A DNA stretch of 63,333 nucleotides, the filler included, from Reticulomyxa filosa (Eukaryota; Protista; Foraminifera), in NCBI GenBank assembly GCA_000512085.1. It is 24 parts of 24 records of this genome, joined end to end, with 100 filler letters (N's around TTAATTAATTAA, not from the genome) between each part and the next. Parts side by side here need not be neighbours in the genome. Positions count along the whole stretch, not along the records: positions 26,609 to 29,483 come from ASPP01041366.1; positions 29,584 to 31,102 come from ASPP01029394.1; positions 31,203 to 32,603 come from ASPP01043376.1; positions 32,704 to 35,981 come from ASPP01001181.1; positions 36,082 to 42,180 come from ASPP01005493.1; 19 more parts are not named here. One strand, given 5' to 3'. The notes under the pieces are model-generated. The model saw nothing but the letters and a program-made list of their open reading frames with translations. It was not told the DNA's origin and searched no databases. This document shows, piece after piece, positions 27,100 to 39,584 of this stretch. The position numbers and the translations under genes are program-made. How positions within the stretch are numbered: position 1 is the stretch's first letter; each line of letters opens with the position of its first letter.

Positions 27100-29483
27100 T
27101 AAACACGAATTATAGCGTCAGGTAACTGGAAAGGATGCAGGCGCACAAACGATCAATCAAAATAACATCAACTTCTTGATGTCTTGCGAATGTACGCTTC
27201 AATTTCAATCACCACTGTTCCTATCAAGTATTCCGTTATTTTAGGACAGCTGACGGAATTGGGGGAAAATTGGTATCATTGAAAAGGCTCGTTCTCTAGA
27301 GCTACCATTTTTTTTGAGTGACGGTCTTGTCAATGGTAGACCCTCCACTTTTCGAATCCAAGTGACTCGATTTTTGGTAACCAATTCATAGCCATATCGA
27401 CGACGTCTTTGGGAGGGGAGCGGACAAAATGTTGTTCGTATATTCACTTAGCAGGGCCAACACATTGTCAATATCCATGATTTTGTCTTGATTTGTCAAT
27501 AATTGAGCGACTTTTAAATCGTTGATCCAACTACCGACTGGCACGATGTTGTTGTTTTTTACAACAAATGCGCAACAACATTAGCTTTTCCATGCACACC
27601 AAATTGTGGAATATAGCAATGGCACACAAATATTGAAGCGCACAACACCGGCCCAGTGTATTGAAATAATTGACAAATGAGTAAGATATAATATGGATTG
27701 CGTTTCGTCGTCGTCATTACAATCATTACTGGCACTGCATTTGACATTGTCACATCTACCATTGGGGGAGCGCATTATGTGAAATTAGCCCATAAATGAG
27801 AGTGCGCAAATCCGTCACTGTGGGATGAATAGCATTCATAACTGAAGTAAAATTGACATGCGGTCTTTTTTATTTTTAAAAACAAATCCAACACAATATC
27901 TTCGGGACCTTCTTTCTATTCATCCTCCTATCTTCTTGTTTGATGGTGATGTTGGCTTGAGTTTCCACCAAATTGAGCAACGATATCAGAAGTATAGTTT
28001 TATGTGAGATTGGCTCACTCGATCATCATGTGTGCTTATTTATTTCATATAACGTCCGCGTCCTCTTCTTGTTTGTCTTCTATTTTTTCTACCAATCCAG
28101 TCGCTGCTGTTGTTGCGATACCGCAATATTGATATCGTTTCCGTTTTGAGTGATATTATCACACATTTTTTTTTCTTTCTCATTGATGAACTTGTCTTCG
28201 TAGTCAGATAGCGCCAAGATCCTGATCGTCGATGATTGAACTGATTGATATTTTCTAAAATACCAAATTCATCCAATCTTGTCGTCATTGTAATGAGAGA
28301 CATGTTTTGGCCTTGGATAATGGTCGTTTGCTGGAAATTCTCAATGTGTTTATTCAATAACTTTTGGATTGATGATCAGATAATTGAGGGGATCATTTGT
28401 ACATCCTTTTTTTGATAGTATTCGCTCTTGCTCTTCTTTCTTGCTTTCTTGATTGCCATCCGACACGTCGTCACTAGTCAATAGTTGATCCTGGAGGCAG
28501 TTCAGCAAAGATAATGTGCGCTTGTTCTACAAATGAAAGGCACACAATTCTTGCAGCGATATAAAGTCTGAAAATGCAACAAACTCTATCTCCTTCTTCA
28601 CCAATCAACAACGTTCAATATTTCACAAGCTGACGATTCAATATCCAAATTGTGCATATGAGCGCGCATACGGCCAGTTTTCGTGCTAGTGCTCAATCTC
28701 TACGTTAACAAAATTAGCGCAATTTCCATAACGACAAGTGTTCCCTTGTTCATTAGCACCAAAGAAGTCGTCGAACTGCGATCTATCAGTGCCTTGCTTC
28801 GCCAACAATTATCTGCAGATATTTTAATGCGCATATGTTGATTGTAAACGTTCTTTACGATGCTTCAGGTTGCCACTACTTGAAATTGCTGCATTCGTTT
28901 ATAGTTTTCCATTATATCGCGATATTGAAAGTTAGTCAACACCTGCGAATGGAGACTTTGTGCGTTTCCAGACATGAAAGACTATTCTATAGCCAAACTT
29001 AACAAAGCAGACAAATTGAGCTATTTTTATAAATAAAAAAAAATCCAACACGATATATGCTATGAATTCTTTTTGTTCTCTGCATCCTCCTTCTTATCGT
29101 CTCACTCTTCTTGCTTTTTGGTGTCTTAGACAACTCCTCCACCGAATTGGGTCACTTGCACATGGAACAATTCTCCCGATGATAGTCGTTTGCTCGATCG
29201 CCATCAATGGATATTTTATGACAACTTCTATCGCTACACCATAACGTCGACATCGCTTTTACCAGTCTTCTTTTACTTTCTCCTTGGCGAACTTGCTTTT
29301 AATGTTCTGGAGGCAACAAGATCTAGATTGTTTGTTATTAATCTGTGATAATCTTGTCCCACTGTTCTAGTGTTACCATATAATGAACGTCTTCCAACTA
29401 CAAAATTCACCCAATCTCTTCGCTCTTGTAATAACGGACACACTTTAACCTTGGATAAACGTCGCCATTGGAAATGCTCGCAT
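27100..29483 (-). pseudogene. Decayed unknown gene built from ~1.14-1.16-kb diverged tandem units
   Basis: Relatively GC-rich, protein-like minus-strand frames contain many stops and frameshifts. Homologous segments lie at about 29480-29400 and 28342-28262. Confidence 0.5.
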
Positions 29484-31202
29484 NNNNNNNNNNNNNNNNN
29501 NNNNNNNNNNNNNNNNNNNNNNNNNNNTTAATTAATTAANNNNNNNNNNNNNNNNNNNNNNNNNNNNNNNNNNNNNNNNNNNNGTATGTAGTATGTGTTG
29601 CTTGAAATTATTCATAGGAATTTCAAAATCTGACAATGAAATTTTGGAACGCTGATGGACAAATTTTTGCTGTTTACATTGTCATTTATGCTGAAGCGAG
29701 TTCCCAGCAATGATGGCGAGAGTGACAGCAACGGCAATGAAAGTACAAGTGGAAACATCATGGCCGAATTGTTGTGAGAGAAGTTCAATATATCGTCGAA
29801 TCATGGGCCGCACTACAACGCAAACGTCTGCCATTTTTCCAATAAAATGTATTTGTTCATCATTGAACAAAGTTCGTTTTTAATGGCGACGTTAATCAAA
29901 TATGGACCATGTATTGAGTTTTGAATTACGTACATTTTGAAAAAGAAATTAAAGGTCCATCGTGGTAATGTGGCTCATGATTGGTTGAAAGTGAACTGAT
30001 AATTTTATGCGCAACCTATGTCACAAGTTATAATAATGTGATTGGAAAATAGTCGAAACATGTATAATCAACACTACATAACATAGGTATTCAAAGAACA
30101 CAATCTTGTTTACCATGCAATTGGAAAGAGGGTTGCGGTGCCAGCAAGCAAAGGTAAAGCGGTTGGAACAATGCAACATTGGTGGTACATTCGATTGCAA
30201 GTATTTGATACTTGTTTTAAGTTTTTTTGATTGAAAAATGTTTTGTGCGTGAGTTGCAGTTTCTTTTGATTTTTTTTTAATAATTAAATTTCTCCTCCGG
30301 CTCCTCTGACATCGTTATCGAATTATACTTATCGCAAAAAATTTCTGAGCTTTAATACTATTCCTGGCAAAAAAAAAGATTTTGAGTATGAGTAGATGAA
30401 ATGAGAATACGTATAACATAAAGGAACAAGAAGACGATACAGAAAATAACTTGGAACGTAAGAGTTTTTATTTCAAATTAATGTAAGAGGACAATATTTT
30501 CTTCCATGTTTTGCTTTTTTTTTTAACTACTTGAACAACTGTCGTCACATCAAAGTTTTTGAAAAAAAAAGTCAAAGTGTTTCAGAAAACACTTGATAAA
30601 GCAATGAGGAAAAACATTAAATAGTGACAAAAAAAAATATTTACATAGTGAATACAAACCCATGCACCACAAACATATGTTAAATCTTTTATTTATTTAT
30701 TTTTTTTAATATTCAATCCACTTTCTCCATACTTTGAAGGTGTGCCACAAGCCCGAACAGCATCGCTCCAATCTCGAAAGGGTTTATCTTGCTGCCGCAT
30801 AGGGCTTCTCTCAAGAAATTGGCTTGTCTGCTGTTTTGTGCCGATGGATGACACTGCGATTATTTTTTTTTGCAGTCCATTCCATGCCTTGAAAGTTCCA
30901 TACGTGCGATATTTATTCGATCAGCAATACAAGCATAACGTCGAAGTCGATTCAAATGCACCAGGATCTTCACTTGCACGAAAAAGGTTTCGGGACTGTC
31001 CAATTCAGCAAAAAAATTTTTGCGATTGGGTACAAATCATGATACCACAACCATAGTGTCATTATTTTTGTCTGTTTTTTTTTTTTAAATCTAGATCAAT
31101 TTNNNNNNNNNNNNNNNNNNNNNNNNNNNNNNNNNNNNNNNNNNNNTTAATTAATTAANNNNNNNNNNNNNNNNNNNNNNNNNNNNNNNNNNNNNNNNNN
31201 NN

Positions 31203-32588
31203 ATTCCATTTCTTTGAAAGTGTTACAATTGATTCTGCACATGACTTCTGAACACTCCAATCACTATCTTTCAATCCATCAATCAAACATTGAAAAGCAA
31301 TATTCAATTGACTTTCATTCCATTTCTTTGAAAGTGTTACAATTGATTCTGCACATGACTCGCGAACATCTGCTTTACTATCTTTTAATTCATTTGTGAA
31401 ACATTGAAAAGCATCTTCGAAATATTTTCCATTTAGATTCACTGCGATTGTCCCAAGTAATTTTGCACATTCTCCACGCACATCTTTATTATCATTTTTA
31501 TCAGTGAATACACCCATTGAAGAGTTAAAAGCTTCGTTCAATTGTTGTTCATTACATTTATTTGAAATTTCTTTAATTAATTGAATGTACGCCATACGAG
31601 TATATTTGCATTTATTTTTATCATTTAACTTATCCATCAAATAATTCAATGCAATGTTCATTTGTTTTTCATCCAATCTCTGTGCAATCTCTCGATTGAA
31701 TTTATTAATTGAATAACCAAGAGCATTATAGAATTGTTTCCCAGACAATTTCACTATAATTGCCTTATGTGCTTTTTCATACTGCCAATAATAATCTTCA
31801 TAATTGGGCGCGTCTTTTAAAGAATTGAAAGCATCATTCAATTGTTTTTCATTCCATTTCATTGAGAGTTTTCCAAGTAATTCTGCGCATCTTCCACGAT
31901 TATATTTCTCTTCCTTTTCATCGGATAATCGGTTAATCAAACATTGAAAGACATCACCTAATTGTTCTTCTTTCAATTTCATTAAAAATTGAGTCGCATT
32001 ATAATAATAAAAATATGAAGGAAACCTGTGAATGAAATATTGTAATGCATTATCCAACTGTTTTCCTCCCAATTGTGATGAAATCGTTGCAAGTGCGTGT
32101 GCACGTTCATCACAAATTGTAATCTTTCCACTATCAAAGGCATTCATCAAATATTCAAATACTTTGTTCAATTGTCTCTCATTCAATTTCAATGCTATTT
32201 TTGCAATTGATAATGCACATTCATAATTAGTAAATATATATTCGCCAACAAGTCCATCCATTAAAAATTCAAGCACTTCATTCAATTGTCTCTCATTCAA
32301 TTTCAATGCTATTTTTGTAATTGATTTTACACATTCTTTACGAATATATTCATTTTTTTTATCCGTGGACAATTCAACAATATTTAATTTTTCTGACATC
32401 ACCCAAAGTAAGTTTGCATACGTCCACAAATCTCTCTTAAAAAATTGTTTGTAAAATTGGACAACAACGTCTAAAGTTTCTGTTGAAATACACAAATACT
32501 GTAATGAATCCAATCGATCGCTTATTAATTTATCGTCAAGTGTATTGAATTGTGTTTGCATTATCTTAATTTGATTGATGATACACAA
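31203..32588 (-). CDS. HEAT/ARM-like helical repeat protein (38-aa repeats), partial
   Basis: An ORF of about 460 codons carries repeats of the form CAExLxxLSxKWNExQLxxAFxCLxxxLKD. Near-identical 114-bp units occur at 31204/31318 and 32167/32281. Confidence 0.85.
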
Positions 32589-32703
32589 GTGGATATCTGG
32601 ATGNNNNNNNNNNNNNNNNNNNNNNNNNNNNNNNNNNNNNNNNNNNNTTAATTAATTAANNNNNNNNNNNNNNNNNNNNNNNNNNNNNNNNNNNNNNNNN
32701 NNN

Positions 32704-34589
32704 AATAATAATAAAAAAGGAACGAAACAGCATCAAATATTCTCATCATTTCGGAAATCAAATGTACTTCCAAGCCGACTAATGAAAGAGTGATCAACAG
32801 TATCATCCACGACCAAATGGATGCAAACTGGTTATTACCTGCCAATGACGCCTTTTTTAATAATTATTCATTTATTTATTAATTTTTTTTAAAAAAAAAA
32901 AAGATAGATATTTGAAAGAGTAACAAAACAGCCAAAAGTTCAATAAGTGCTTTGCAAGTGATTTGCACCCAAGAAACGACACCAGCGGTACAAAACCCAA
33001 AAGCGACACATCGAATGCCATGCCTCCATCGCTCTTTCGTTTGGACCGTGTCTGATATCTGCAAGGGATTGTGAAGACTTTTGACTCGTCATTGCAATCG
33101 CCGCATCGGCATTGCCACGAATGCTCACAATATTTTTGGCCTTGCCTTTGCTCCTGGCCTTGGCTTTGGTCTTAGCCTTAGTCTTCTTGTTGACCTTGCC
33201 AACACGACCAGTCTTGTTATACCCATGGGCGATGGGGAATGTACCCGACTCCTTCTTTGTGCCGACGTAGGCCGTGGTAATTGGAGCCTCGTTACCGGAA
33301 TGAGGACGAGATAGTGCTTTTTCATCCGAATGGTCCCCTGTGTCATCATGTGCGTCCATATCTTTGATATTGTAATAATCATCCTTAAACTTGCCACTGC
33401 TATTCGTCTTTGACTTGTCTTGTTGACTCGTGTTATTATCCTTGCTGTTCATGATCACCATTTCCATTGCTCCTTTTGAATGGCGATGATCCACGTCAGC
33501 ATCGACATCGATAGCAATATCGGGATCTGCATCTGCATTACCACCTGCATCGATATTGGCATCGACAGCAACGTCTCCATCATCTTCATCCTCATCCTCA
33601 TCCTCATCCTCGTCCTCGTACATGTTGATATCAATATCATCGTTGTCGTTGTCGTTGACATTGGCGTTGGCGTTGGCGTTGGCATTGACCGTGGCGAGCG
33701 ATGAGGTATTGACCATGTCCGACCACGGCTTCCATGTTTTCCCAATGTACAGACAAAGCAAGATGAAAAAGATATGGAAAGATCCAAAAAAAATAAACGA
33801 CAGCGATTGCGCGTTGTTCGCCAAACCGCTCAATTCCACGCTCCCGGTGTTGTTGCTTCCAAACACAATGCACAATATGCATCCTGCTATTATCGAAGCT
33901 GAGCCCAGCCATCCCAAGCGAGTCAACCGTTCCTTAAAATATCTTTATATATGTATGTGTTTATTACTAAGTTTGTATGAGTATGTGTAGGTGTATATGA
34001 CGTACACTTTTGCATAATATTTTTTTTTTTTTTGGAAATGAGATATTTTCAGAAAGGTATGTTATATACGTGTTATGTGTCATATGCAATTACTTGCTAC
34101 TCATTCATATTTATAAATATGTATATATGTATATGCATATGTGTAACACAGGATAGAACTTAACATCCATGCCAACACAGCATTGATCAGAATGGACAAT
34201 GATGCGGTAGGTGCTAATACGGTTAGACTTGCAAAGGCATAGGACACTAGGTTCAACAAGGCGTTGCCCACATAGAGCAGCAATCCAAGCCACCAGCGTG
34301 GTCTTTTGTACACTGGTCTTTCCACTTCACGCTTTGTTTCCTTTTTTTTTGTATGGTAATTTGTTGGTATTGTGCAAAGAATTAAAAACAGGAAGGAAGA
34401 GAGGGGGAGTGAAAAAAAAAAAGAACCAATTGTTGCAAAAAGTTCAACTTCTCTGTGGGATAGCTTAATTTGGATATGTCCCATTGACACAAAAAATTCG
34501 GCAAATAGACCCAACGAAACGCCTTTTTTGCAAACGGTTTTGTTTGTGGTTGTAAATATTTTCTTGTTGTGTTTCCAAGATCTTGCCAT
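32704..34589 (-). CDS. NIPA/DMT-family magnesium transporter with a large acidic low-complexity loop; multi-exon, 3'-partial
   Basis: GVSLGLFAEFFVSMGHIQIKLSH..RPVYKRPRWWLGLLLYVGNALLNLVSYAFASLTVLAPTASLSILINAVLA and LGWLGSASIIAGCILCIVFG give the typical NIPA pattern (WWxG, AFAxxxxxAPL). Confidence 0.85.
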
Positions 34590-34932
34590 GAGTATCTACA
34601 TGGAAAAGAGAGCCCTATTTTGTCTACAAAGACCAAACCTACCGATTCCTGTGCTTCCGTTCACCATTTTTTTTTTGAATTCTAATTCAAACAAAAACTT
34701 TTTCAGGTTCAGTTGGTTTTACTTGTGACGAAGCCACAGTAAACAAAAAGTTCACCTTTTGAGCAACAAACCTTGTCTAAATCCAAAAAAACAAAGCTTG
34801 CTGTTGATTAAATCTAAATGGGGCCAGACAAAGGAGGGAGGGGGGAAGAGGGACGGGAAAAGAAACGGAAACAAAAATGCAAAAAAAATTCATGGGAGCC
34901 AATCTTGGCTTGGCTATTGGTAAAGCAATAAA

Positions 34933-35926
34933 ATGAACACTCTCCAACGTAAGTCATTTTTGCAATGTCACTGGCATAGTCTGTTGATAAGCTCACGAGG
35001 GAGTCTATCATTTGTCTGCCATAGTAGCGGGCGTGGTTTTGCCTCGACACTGGCGAAGTACCAGGGGCCGACACCGACACAAGCATCAAAAAAAGGCGAG
35101 CAAGACATGGAAGACGTGAATTTCCAAAGGATATTAGAGAACCGCAAAACAGCGCACGAAATGAAAGAGGTGGGAACGTTTACGAAATTCTCGGAATTTT
35201 CCGAGAACTTGGTGAAAGACCTGAAAGACAATGCATTGCCATACAAAAAGAAGAGCGACAAGTTGAGACGTCAGAACGTGTCATTCAACGACTTGGATCG
35301 CATAATAAACAGCAGTTCCAAGATGCTATTGCAAATGCCGAATGCGAGATTGCAAGGATATTTGGACGCGTGTCGCATCGCCTCGTTATTGCGTCTGGAC
35401 CCAATAAAAGACAAAGCATTGATAGAATTGAAGGAAAGAGTGCAATGGATCTTACAAAAGCATCGTTTGGACGCAGTGCCATTGCCAGCATTTTTTCGCG
35501 CGAATGGATATTGGGACGTGTTGGAAAGTACGAAGAAATACGGCAAATTCGAAGACGTAATGTCATTGATCGGACTGAAGTCGCAAGTGCGATTAGTTGG
35601 AAATAATAAGCATTATAAGAAGACGTTGCCAAGCATTGCCGGTGTGAGCCCTTTTTTATCTCCAATGGCACAAAGACAGCAATGGATTAAGTTTCAAAAT
35701 GAGTGTCTCAAAATCGATTTGACCACGTTCATGCACAAGTCCAATTGCATCTGGGGCTTGCCTTCGCGAAGGATGCTTTTGGCAAAGCGCAGGTATGATC
35801 TCGAAGTACGTATACAAAAGTTGGGTGGATACTCACGCGCCAGTCAGCTGCTTGGCATCCCTCTTCAAACACCTCCTTCACATACTTATCATTTCAATTT
35901 ATTCAATGTGGCCAAAACACTTCAGG
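34933..35926 (+). CDS. Uncharacterised helical-repeat protein with a probable organellar (mitochondrial) presequence; first exon, 3'-partial
   Basis: About 330 codons are open from the ATG. The N-terminus is rich in R/S/L with no acidic residue in the first ~55 aa. Repeats are VPLPAFFRANGYWDVLESTKKYGKFEDVMSLIGL and LPSRRMLLAKRRYDLEVRIQKLGGYSRASQLLGI. A GT donor lies near 35926. Confidence 0.7.
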
Positions 35927-36081
35927 TTTTTTTTAACAAAAAAAAAATAAAGTTTAAGTTTTTAATTATATATTATATATANNNNNNNNNNNNNNNNNNN
36001 NNNNNNNNNNNNNNNNNNNNNNNNNTTAATTAATTAANNNNNNNNNNNNNNNNNNNNNNNNNNNNNNNNNNNNNNNNNNNN

Positions 36082-37492
36082 AAGAAGAAGAAGAAGAGGG
36101 GAAAAAAAAAAGAGTGAAAGTGATGGTGAGTGCACAGTAGGCATCATAGAGTCAGTACAAGAGGAGGTAGTAGAGCAAGACTTTTGCATTTCACAGAATG
36201 TTCTTTTCTTTGTGCACTGTGTTTCTAAAGCTTGTTTTTGATTGTTATCATTGCCACTCATCGCATTGTTCATGCGCATCTCTTTGTCGTTGTCGTCCCA
36301 TTTCGACGGTGCACTCACGTCATTGGCAGGTCCATTGGCGAGACACGCCCGACCACATGCACTTGGAGATCCCGTCGATGGCGGATCGTCAGCGTTCCAC
36401 GTTTCAATTGTGACAGAGGACAGCTGCTGTGACAAATGTTTCATGGTCGATTGGTCTGCAAGGAAGTATCACCATTACATCAATCTTCATTTCTTTGTAG
36501 AGGAAACTAACATCAAAAAAAAAAAAAAAAAAAGAGGGAGGAGAGGAGTTAAACATTTCAATATAATTTGCTCGTGATGGCTTTTTGTCATCCTTCTTTT
36601 TATATTAGTTGATTAATCAGTTATTTATTTATTTTTTTTTGTTTGTTTAAAGATACGTTTTTTCACCTTCACGATCGACAAACGAGGCCACGGATACGTC
36701 GTTTGTTACGTTGATATGGTCCGTGGTCGAAACTTGCGGAGCAAATCCTCCCCAATCGCTTTTGAGCGAATTGGAAGTGAGATTGCGATACTTGTTGGAA
36801 TAATATTTGATCATGTGCATGAAAAACGAATAGTGACAGTACGCTTGTTTCATGACGTGCTCACATTTCCTCAATGCGTCACTGTGATTGCCACTCATGC
36901 TGCTCATGCCATTACCATGCACTGCCATTTGTTCTTTTGTAATGTTCCATTGCTGCTGTGCCTCCAACAGTCTGTGCTTCAGAGCTAAAAACTCATCTAT
37001 CAATTGCTCCTTTTGCAGGCCGGTAAAAAATTGATCGAGCTGTTGGTCGATGCTTCGTAGCTGCAACGTGATCGCACGCAGTTTTCGGTACGTTGTGACC
37101 ATGTCATCCATTCTTTCTCGTCCATGGCATTGCAAAAATGCCTGGCGTGCATATAACAACTGATTCAATTGACGAATTCTGAGAGTACCTTGTGATGATG
37201 AATTTGCTTCGTCAGCATTTTGTTTCCCCGTTTCTGCCCAATGTTGTTGCTGTTGCTGCCACTTTTGCTCTTCTGAGACTTCAATACCACTTTCATTAGT
37301 ATCTGTGGAAGTAGAAAGCTCAGCTTCCAATTGCTGGATCGTACTGCATAGCTCTACATATTTTTGCAAGATCCCTTCACGCCCCTGCAACAACGCTATC
37401 AATTGGTTCTGCTCTGTTTCATAGCTTTGCTTCGCCATCACTAATTCAGTCCATGGCGTTGATGCTTTCAAATGTGTCGAAGAGGCTTGCAT
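36082..37492 (-). CDS. Coiled-coil hypothetical protein, two or more exons, 3'-partial
   Basis: A 281-aa Q/E/L-rich ORF from ATG 37492 and a downstream exon ORF 36444-36082 are separated by an intron-like poly-T/A tract. Confidence 0.65.
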
Positions 37493-39584
37493 TTCAATTT
37501 TTTTATTTATTTAAATTTTTTTTTTGTTTCGTTTTTCTCTCTTTTGGTCAAAAAACAAAAAAAAAAACCAAAAAAAAATTTGTTTCACTATTTTTGGGTT
37601 TCATCGTTATTAAAAAAAAAAAAAGGTCTTCCTTTTTTAAGTTTGGTCTTTAGATGCAAGTGTTGACTGCCATCAACATGCAAGCCAATCTTAGTGCATT
37701 TGTCACAATAGTTGGTTGGATCATGCGCAAAAAATTTCAAAAAAAGGAGCGGCTGTGCTGTCTTACAAAGGTATGGTAGTTGTACATGCAATATGCTGCG
37801 GTTGCTGTTGAAGTGTGCTCACAGGAACCAAAGTACTAAAGCTAGTTGTCCAAATTGGATCCCAAATATTGATCATGACAAAATATTTGAACTATGAGAA
37901 TATCTATAATCTACAATATTATATGATCGAGCCTCGCTCAGTCATTTAATTTTCAGGGAATTGGGGTCGTCAAAATGTTAAAAACTTTCTTCAAAGACAG
38001 AAACGTTGTTGTGGTATTGTCAAAAATGAAGAAATTAAATTGAGTGACGTTTTAAACTTAGATAAGTTAAAAAATACGTTTAAAGTAATTATTGGGCTTA
38101 ATTATCCTTTGTTTTTTAAAAAAGAAATTCTTTAGTGCACGCGCTGCCAGATCCTCTTTTTCACAGTCACTTTGTGCAAGTATAGCTTTTTAAATGATCT
38201 TCATTATATTTAAATTTCTTGATATTGTCCAACACATTTATTTTTGATATAAGAGTTCCTAGCAGAGAATCAATTTCAATTAAAAACTTTAGGGATTTTT
38301 TTTGGTCATACTATCTGTTTTAAAGGTTTACCAAAATAGAGTAGGTAACGATGCATTTTGGTTAAGTATGACCAGAAAAAAAATAGAGCTTGCTCTAACT
38401 CCATTTTAATAGAAATGTCTGCTACAATCGTGATAATGAAAAATGATATTCAACGTAAAGTTTTCATTGTCAATCAAAGTGAATTGTTTGCTCAAAAATG
38501 AAATTAAGCGGAGTTTGATACAGTCGAAGTCACAAAGACTCAAGGGAGCACCAAACTTAAGTTTGCTTGCCATCTTGAGTTTTTGTTGGGTTATCTCCGC
38601 TACCTTGACAATCTTGAAGAATCAAGATTATTATTGTTTACTATTTTTCCTTCTTCAGTCTCTGTTGATTATCTTACTGTCAAAGAGGTAGATCATCTGG
38701 CTGTTGGTTGATCCTGTGTCGACAAAGTTTAGTTTTGCCTCCAAAAGAATCTTTGTATAATGCTAGACAGAAATTGAAGGGGTCTTTTTTGTGATCATTT
38801 TCTTCAAACATTTTTTCTTCTCCCCTATTTCTTGCTCCTTTGAGTGAGCAGATGAAAAAAAAATGGACTCCACATAGTATTTGTCGATAGTTTGTAATGG
38901 ATCAGGGTTTTTTTTTTGAGGAGGGAGGAAAAGCAGAATTTGAAATATTTGTTTAAGTGAAATATGGCACATAAATCTTTTGCAAATGAAGAAGACAACA
39001 TAACATTTTGAAAAGCGGGTATTTGTTGTTTGTGTTGGTGTTTTGAACACTATGTTGGTTGATGTTCATGGGGGTAATGGTTAGTTTATGCAATAATTGT
39101 CGCATCTATGCATCCAAAGACAAATGTACGTACGAGTTAAAATATTTTCTTTGAGTGTTGGATTTACTGCAATGAACTCCTCCTTTTCCAACGGCTATGC
39201 TAGTCTCACTTGGAAAAATAATGCATATATTTTTGCATATGCATATGCATATATAAATATATAAATATATAAATATATTTATATGTATTTATATATTTGT
39301 ATTTGAAGAAGAAAGAGAGGAGAAGAGAAAAATAGTCACAATTTCAAATATTTGCATACATTAAACAAAAAAAAGTGGCGATGCAAATGTACTTTTTCAT
39401 TGATCCTTACACAGATATAAAGCAAACAAAAAAACAAAATACAAATAAACAACAATAAAACAAACAAATGACCGTACAAGAAGGCTATAGGAAGTTTGAA
39501 CACATTGACGATACCGTTGACGAAAGTGACGGGCGGACAATCAAAACTAGCAAATGGTAAACACATGTATAAACAACAATTTGT

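Noticed and set aside
27581-27775. PIWI/Argonaute C-terminus-like segment (ETQSILYLTHL..HWAGVVR)
   Set aside because: The resemblance is short, no other PIWI motifs are seen upstream, and the region belongs to a tandem module with no Argonaute similarity.
8224-29483. Stop-codon reassignment (alternative genetic code) to explain stop-rich protein-like regions
   Set aside because: These regions contain all three stop types plus frameshifts, while MAPK, MDH and the RNF213-like gene translate cleanly with the standard code. Pseudogenisation is the simpler explanation.
30720-31060. Possible NAD(P)-binding (atypical SDR) relic on the minus strand (KKIIAVSSIGT)
   Set aside because: It is a single short motif among stops and frameshifts, too weak to call.
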